From assembly GCA_048941015.1 (NCBI GenBank), contig JBHLNZ010000090.1, forward strand, positions 1 through 11,541: a stretch of 11,541 bases of DNA, in the 5' to 3' direction. Origin of the DNA: Promethearchaeota archaeon. Its GTDB lineage: Archaea; Asgardarchaeota; Lokiarchaeia; Sigyniarchaeales; SOKP01. The position numbers were made by a program, and so were the translations under genes. Position 1 is the stretch's first letter. Each line of letters starts with the position of its first letter. Positions 7,558 through 11,541 of this stretch are shown piece after piece. Below the pieces are notes generated by a model. That model did no database searches, was not told the origin of the DNA, and was given only the letters and a program-made list of their open reading frames with translations.

Positions 7558-7677
7558 CTATTTAATTTCATTTAAATCAATTCCTTTTGTCTCTTTTATA
7601 TATAGGTAAATTAACGGTAAATTAATTAAAACCACTAGACAAATTACAATAAATGCTGATTCTTGGTTAAAGATTAT
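7558..7677 (-). pseudogene. Remnant of the C-terminus of an MFS (sugar-porter-like) transporter
   Basis: Manual translation of the minus strand gives IIFNQESAFIVICLVVLINLPLIYLYIKETKGIDLNEIK*. This is one TM helix plus the (P/K)ETKGxxLxEI terminal motif. An in-frame TAA lies immediately upstream (7678-7680) and there is no ATG. Confidence 0.7.
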
Positions 7678-7770
7678 TTAAAAATTTAATAGAAAAATTT
7701 CAATAAAATGTCTAAAAAAAATATCATATGAATTATTTTCAAAGAACTAAGCAATATACCAAAATCTCTA

Positions 7771-8508
7771 TTATTTTTCTTTAGAATGTTTTAGAATAGT
7801 GATAAGATTGCGTAAATTATCCTCTAAATTATAAAACTGAACCATTTCAAGTGGTTCTTCCACATTTCCTATTGTTGATACATGATGAGAATCACTACCT
7901 ATAGAAACAGGGATTTTGGCAGTAATTAGTTTTTCAAAAAATATTTTATTTACACTTGAATAACAATGAGAATAACTTGAATTGAATTCAAAAAATACAT
8001 TATATTTACATAGAAATTTTATCAATATATCTAGGTTTCCATGAATGAAAAATGAAGGATCGAAATGTGCTAAACCAAAAACACAGGGCTTATCTTCATT
8101 GTTTATACGTCTCATCCAATATTCAAGTAAGTTGTTAATAAAAGCAATACCTTCCGGACTTTCTAAATATTCAAACAGAATAATATCAAAATTTAAGGGG
8201 TTTACTAATTTTAAAATATATCTCTGAGAACTTGAAATATCAATCTCCACACCCCTAAGAAGCATCAAATCTATATCTTTATCATATAAGTATTTTTGAC
8301 ATACGGATATTTGGTCAAGATAATTTTCAATTTTTTCATTACTGTTTAAACTTGGAATAATATTCGATTTCCAGGAATTAGTTAAATGATCAGTGATACA
8401 AATAATTTTTAATAACTTTATGGATTTTTCAACTATATTTGGTATGCTATTATTACCATCAGAGAAATTTGAATGAATGTGTAAATCTATTTTGGGTAAA
8501 TCTTTCAT
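7771..8508 (-). CDS. Stand-alone PHP-domain metal-dependent phosphoesterase (YcdX / HisPPase / PolX-PHP-like)
   Basis: Metal-binding motifs DLHIHSNFSDG, ITDH, GVEID, LAH, EFN and GSDSH. Confidence 0.9.
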   Translation of the reverse strand: MKDLPKIDLHIHSNFSDGNNSIPNIVEKSIKLLKIICITDHLTNSWKSNIIPSLNSNEKIENYLDQISVCQKYLYDKDIDLMLLRGVEIDISSSQRYILKLVNPLNFDIILFEYLESPEGIAFINNLLEYWMRRINNEDKPCVFGLAHFDPSFFIHGNLDILIKFLCKYNVFFEFNSSYSHCYSSVNKIFFEKLITAKIPVSIGSDSHHVSTIGNVEEPLEMVQFYNLEDNLRNLITILKHSKEK

Positions 8509-8530
8509 AAAAATTTTTTTTATTATTAAT

Positions 8531-10396
8531 CTAAATACCTAATGATTTTAATTCACGGTGGATATACCATAACATAATTCCACTAAAACTGAGAATAATT
8601 CCAAAGAAAATTAATAATGAGTTAAAGAAATATTTTCCAGCATTCTGTGTAATAACTATAGTTCCAAATGTAACTTCCTCAATAATAACAATATTAAAAT
8701 AAAAGAGAAATACAATAATAATGATGATTATAAAGGAAATAAATTGACATACTGCTAATAAAATATTGATAATATGAAGAATCTTGGTCCTCCTTTTACC
8801 TAGTTCTATTATCTGAGCTGCACCAAACTTAATTGCAACTTTTTCCTTATCAATTTTTTTGATGAAATAATATGCCATTTCTCTCAATGGAATTACATCA
8901 AAAATTACAGTTCCGATTGTAAAAATACAAACTCCTATTAAAATTCTATTAATAAAAATCAAATTATCATTTACATTTGAGAAGTTGTTAACAATGAAAA
9001 TAAAGGAACTGAGAAAAATAACTAAGAAGAACTTGATTCCCGCTAGTGTTAAAAAAGTTGAAGATCTATCCGCAATTGTTAATAAATAATAAGCTACGCC
9101 AATTATTGAAATAAAAATCCCCAATTGAATAGCTTCTATTGATAAAAAAAGTGCAAATACTAAGAAACATATACTAATAAAAATGGGTAAAAATGGAAAT
9201 AATGGGGCTTTAAATGGTCTATCAAGCTCTTTTCTTTTTCTTCTTAATATTACAGCAGCATAATTTATAAATGCTAATCCAATAAAGTAAATAAAAATAG
9301 TGGTTTCAGCTGCTAATCCAATACCAGCAAAGATTGTAAAAATTATTGAAATAAATGATGTTAAAGCTAAACCTAATACTGGCAAATCAGATTTCTTCTT
9401 TACTTGCTTTATTTTTTTTGGAACATATCGATCTCTTGCTAAAGCGGTAATAATAGCAACTGCTGAACCTATTGCAGCATTCATTGCAATAAAAGTTGCA
9501 ATAATTGCAGCAATAGCCATAATATAGAATCCAGCGACATGATTAAAGACATTTTCTAACACATCTGCTAATAAAATTGGTCTATCCCCCAAATTTTCTG
9601 CAGAACCTCCAATATTTATTAAAACTACATAAGATACGGCGATATATATCAGTAATGTTATCAAAATTGCTAATACATTTAATTTTGGAATATTTTTTGA
9701 CGGGTTTTTTAAATTAGGATTTAAATATGCTATATTCGAAGTTATAGAAGTAAAAAAGATAATTAATATAGAAAAAGAGTATATTATTCCAAAAAAATTA
9801 GTTCCCGAACTAATAAAACTAGGATCATAATTTGGATTATAGTTCAGGGGTGGAATGATTAATCCTGTAATTATGAAAAATATGAAAATGATTATGAGTA
9901 GGACAGTTAAATATAGAAGTGCCTTGATAGCAACTTTTTGGGTTCTAAATATTACAATACTAGTAAAAATTATCGAAAAAATCGCAAGAGGAATAACAAA
10001 GGTATCTACCCCAATAATGTTGGATTTTTTAAATATTTCATCAATTACTAATGCAAAAGTCTGAGCTGAGAAAGAACAGGTTGCTATATTAGCAATCCAT
10101 AAAAAGAATCCAATAATAAATGCCAAGAAGCCTCCTAATCCCTCTTTAGTGAAATTATAGGCACCACCTGCTATAGGAAGACTTGTAGATAATTCTGCAT
10201 AGTTAAGTCCTGTAAAGAAAATTAAGATTCCTCCTAAAATTAAACTAATAAGAACTCCTGATTTTGCTATTTCAATTCCAAAACCGAGGAGGACGAATAT
10301 TGACCCTCCTATTCCACATCCTATACCGTAAAGAACTCCTTGATAAAGCTTTAGTGTTCTTGCTGCTGGGACTTCTTCTGTTTTCGTCTCATTCAA
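8531..10396 (-). CDS. APC-superfamily amino acid permease-like transporter with extra C-terminal TM segments
   Basis: TM1 GIGCGIGGSIF, YAELSTSLPIAGGAY, KNPSKNIP, ALARDRYVP and LRRKRKELDRPFKAPLFPFLP are APC motifs. About 180 further residues follow, with about four more hydrophobic segments. The start codon is TTG. Confidence 0.88.
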   Translation of the reverse strand: MNETKTEEVPAARTLKLYQGVLYGIGCGIGGSIFVLLGFGIEIAKSGVLISLILGGILIFFTGLNYAELSTSLPIAGGAYNFTKEGLGGFLAFIIGFFLWIANIATCSFSAQTFALVIDEIFKKSNIIGVDTFVIPLAIFSIIFTSIVIFRTQKVAIKALLYLTVLLIIIFIFFIITGLIIPPLNYNPNYDPSFISSGTNFFGIIYSFSILIIFFTSITSNIAYLNPNLKNPSKNIPKLNVLAILITLLIYIAVSYVVLINIGGSAENLGDRPILLADVLENVFNHVAGFYIMAIAAIIATFIAMNAAIGSAVAIITALARDRYVPKKIKQVKKKSDLPVLGLALTSFISIIFTIFAGIGLAAETTIFIYFIGLAFINYAAVILRRKRKELDRPFKAPLFPFLPIFISICFLVFALFLSIEAIQLGIFISIIGVAYYLLTIADRSSTFLTLAGIKFFLVIFLSSFIFIVNNFSNVNDNLIFINRILIGVCIFTIGTVIFDVIPLREMAYYFIKKIDKEKVAIKFGAAQIIELGKRRTKILHIINILLAVCQFISFIIIIIIVFLFYFNIVIIEEVTFGTIVITQNAGKYFFNSLLIFFGIILSFSGIMLWYIHRELKSLGI

Positions 10397-10446
10397 CTTT
10401 TATCATTTATAATATTCATTAGAAAACTAAAATTTTTAAAGAATCC

Positions 10447-11541
10447 TTAAGATTTTTCTAAATGGAATATTCCAGAAATTATTGCAAATAACGCACTAAT
10501 TAACAATAAGAAACTTACTACACTTATATCAAAATTTTCAGAAGTAAATAAATTTATACTACCAAAATCAATAAAATTTAACATATCACCAAATGCTAAA
10601 ATGATTAAAAATATTCCAAAACAAATTAAAATCCCTCCAAAAAATTTTGAAAGTCTATATATAAAAGATAAAGTCTCTAATCTGTGAATTCTGCTCTCCT
10701 TATCCCTTATTTCTTCCTCTTGATTTTCTAACTCTACCTTAAGTTTCTGAAGTAATGCCTTTGCATCGTTAGTACTTTGATCAATTACTTCTTTAGATTT
10801 AATAAGTTTATCATGTTCAGTTTGCATGAACTCTAACTTCTCAGTTAGGGAATCTAATCGTTCTTCTCGCTCAATATATTCAATATTAGTACTTTCAATA
10901 TTTTTCTTAATATCTTCTAACCTTTTCTCGTTCGCTTCAATTAAGCTTTCCTTCTTTAGCATGGATTCATTAATAGCTATCAGATCTTCATTCAGATCTT
11001 GAATTCGAGACTCAAGATCAATCATTACTTGTTGCTTTTCTGTTAATTGAATTTTATACTTCGCTAAAAGTTCTTCATATGCTTGTCTTTGTTTCTCCAT
11101 CTCTGGAAATCCTTCTTTATAATCTTCGATTTGTTGTTCGACAACTTTAATTCTATCTTCTTTTTTTTCTATTTGTTCTGATAAAAGTTTCTTTTCCTCT
11201 TCTTTAGCTTCAATTTCTTTATCTGAATGCTCCAATTCGAATTTATTTTTGCTTATAGAAACTTTTAAAGTCTCATTCTCGGCAGTAAGGCTTTTAATTT
11301 TTTTTTCTAATGCTTCAGCATCTTCTTTTTGTTTTTCAAGAATTGTATTTTTTTCCTGAATCTCTTGATTCAATTTCGCAATTTTCGAGCGTAATTCATC
11401 CTGAGTAGCAACTTTTTCTTTAACACTATCTGTAAGTACAATTAAATCTACTTGCCTAGTTTCATAGGTTTTTACTAATTGTTCATTATTCTTTAGAAGT
11501 TCTTTATATTCTTCTTCGAGATTTTCCTTACTCTCCTTTGT
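10447..11541 (-). CDS. Long coiled-coil protein with C-terminal two-TM anchor (5' end outside the window)
   Basis: The frame stays open from 11373 to the window edge (TKESKENLEEEYKELLKNNEQLVKTYETRQVDLIVLTDSVKEKVATQDELRSKIAKLNQE...), so the TTG at 11373 is probably not the start. About 290 residues are E/K/Q-rich heptads, followed by FFGGILICFGIFLIILAFG and VVSFLLLISALFAIISGIF. Confidence 0.85.
   Translation of the reverse strand, partial: TKESKENLEEEYKELLKNNEQLVKTYETRQVDLIVLTDSVKEKVATQDELRSKIAKLNQEIQEKNTILEKQKEDAEALEKKIKSLTAENETLKVSISKNKFELEHSDKEIEAKEEEKKLLSEQIEKKEDRIKVVEQQIEDYKEGFPEMEKQRQAYEELLAKYKIQLTEKQQVMIDLESRIQDLNEDLIAINESMLKKESLIEANEKRLEDIKKNIESTNIEYIEREERLDSLTEKLEFMQTEHDKLIKSKEVIDQSTNDAKALLQKLKVELENQEEEIRDKESRIHRLETLSFIYRLSKFFGGILICFGIFLIILAFGDMLNFIDFGSINLFTSENFDISVVSFLLLISALFAIISGIFHLEKS

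Noticed and set aside
5092-8508. ATPase + Sir2 + PHP cluster as an anti-phage defence system (Sir2-HerA, Thoeris, DSR or Ppl-like)
   Set aside because: The sirtuin is a Zn-binding deacylase type with catalytic His, not a SIR2_2 NADase effector. The ATPase is the housekeeping PINA and is convergent with the sirtuin. The PHP gene is stand-alone and separated by an MFS remnant.
8045-10064. Short plus-strand ORFs 8045-8227, 9300-9527 and 9855-10064
   Set aside because: Antisense shadows of the PHP and APC genes.
10447-11541. SMC/Rad50 chromosome segregation protein
   Set aside because: The C-terminus is a TM hairpin rather than an ABC signature/Walker B head, so the similarity is only generic coiled coil.
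1-11541. tRNA/rRNA genes, CRISPR arrays, IS elements
   Set aside because: Intergenic gaps are short and AT-rich, with no GC-rich structured segments, regularly spaced repeats, transposase or terminal inverted repeats seen by eye.

Overview
AT-rich archaeal chromosomal window with ten protein-coding genes and one short gene remnant. I found no RNA genes, mobile elements or CRISPR array. The archaeal assignment rests on a tRNA-splicing endonuclease subunit and a PINA ATPase; an Asgard (Lokiarchaeia-like) origin is my inference from gene style and is not proven. Gene order: tandem flavodoxin-fold Fe-S flavoprotein (+); ~9-TM membrane protein with a C-terminal 8-Cys C4C4 RING-like domain (-); HycI-type hydrogenase maturation protease (-); classical SDR (+); probable non-catalytic EndA subunit overlapping a PIN-ATPase (PINA) that appears to lack its KH domain (+,+); sirtuin (-); unannotated MFS C-terminal remnant (-); PHP phosphoesterase (-); extended APC permease (-); long coiled-coil protein with a C-terminal TM hairpin, cut by the window edge (-). 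The most notable signals are eukaryote-like proteins in an archaeal context: a sirtuin with class IV (SIRT6/SIRT7) spacing and motifs, a multipass membrane protein with a RING-like tail (ERAD-ligase-like architecture), and a tail-anchored, tether-like coiled coil. Comparisons with reference proteins are from memory and need alignment.
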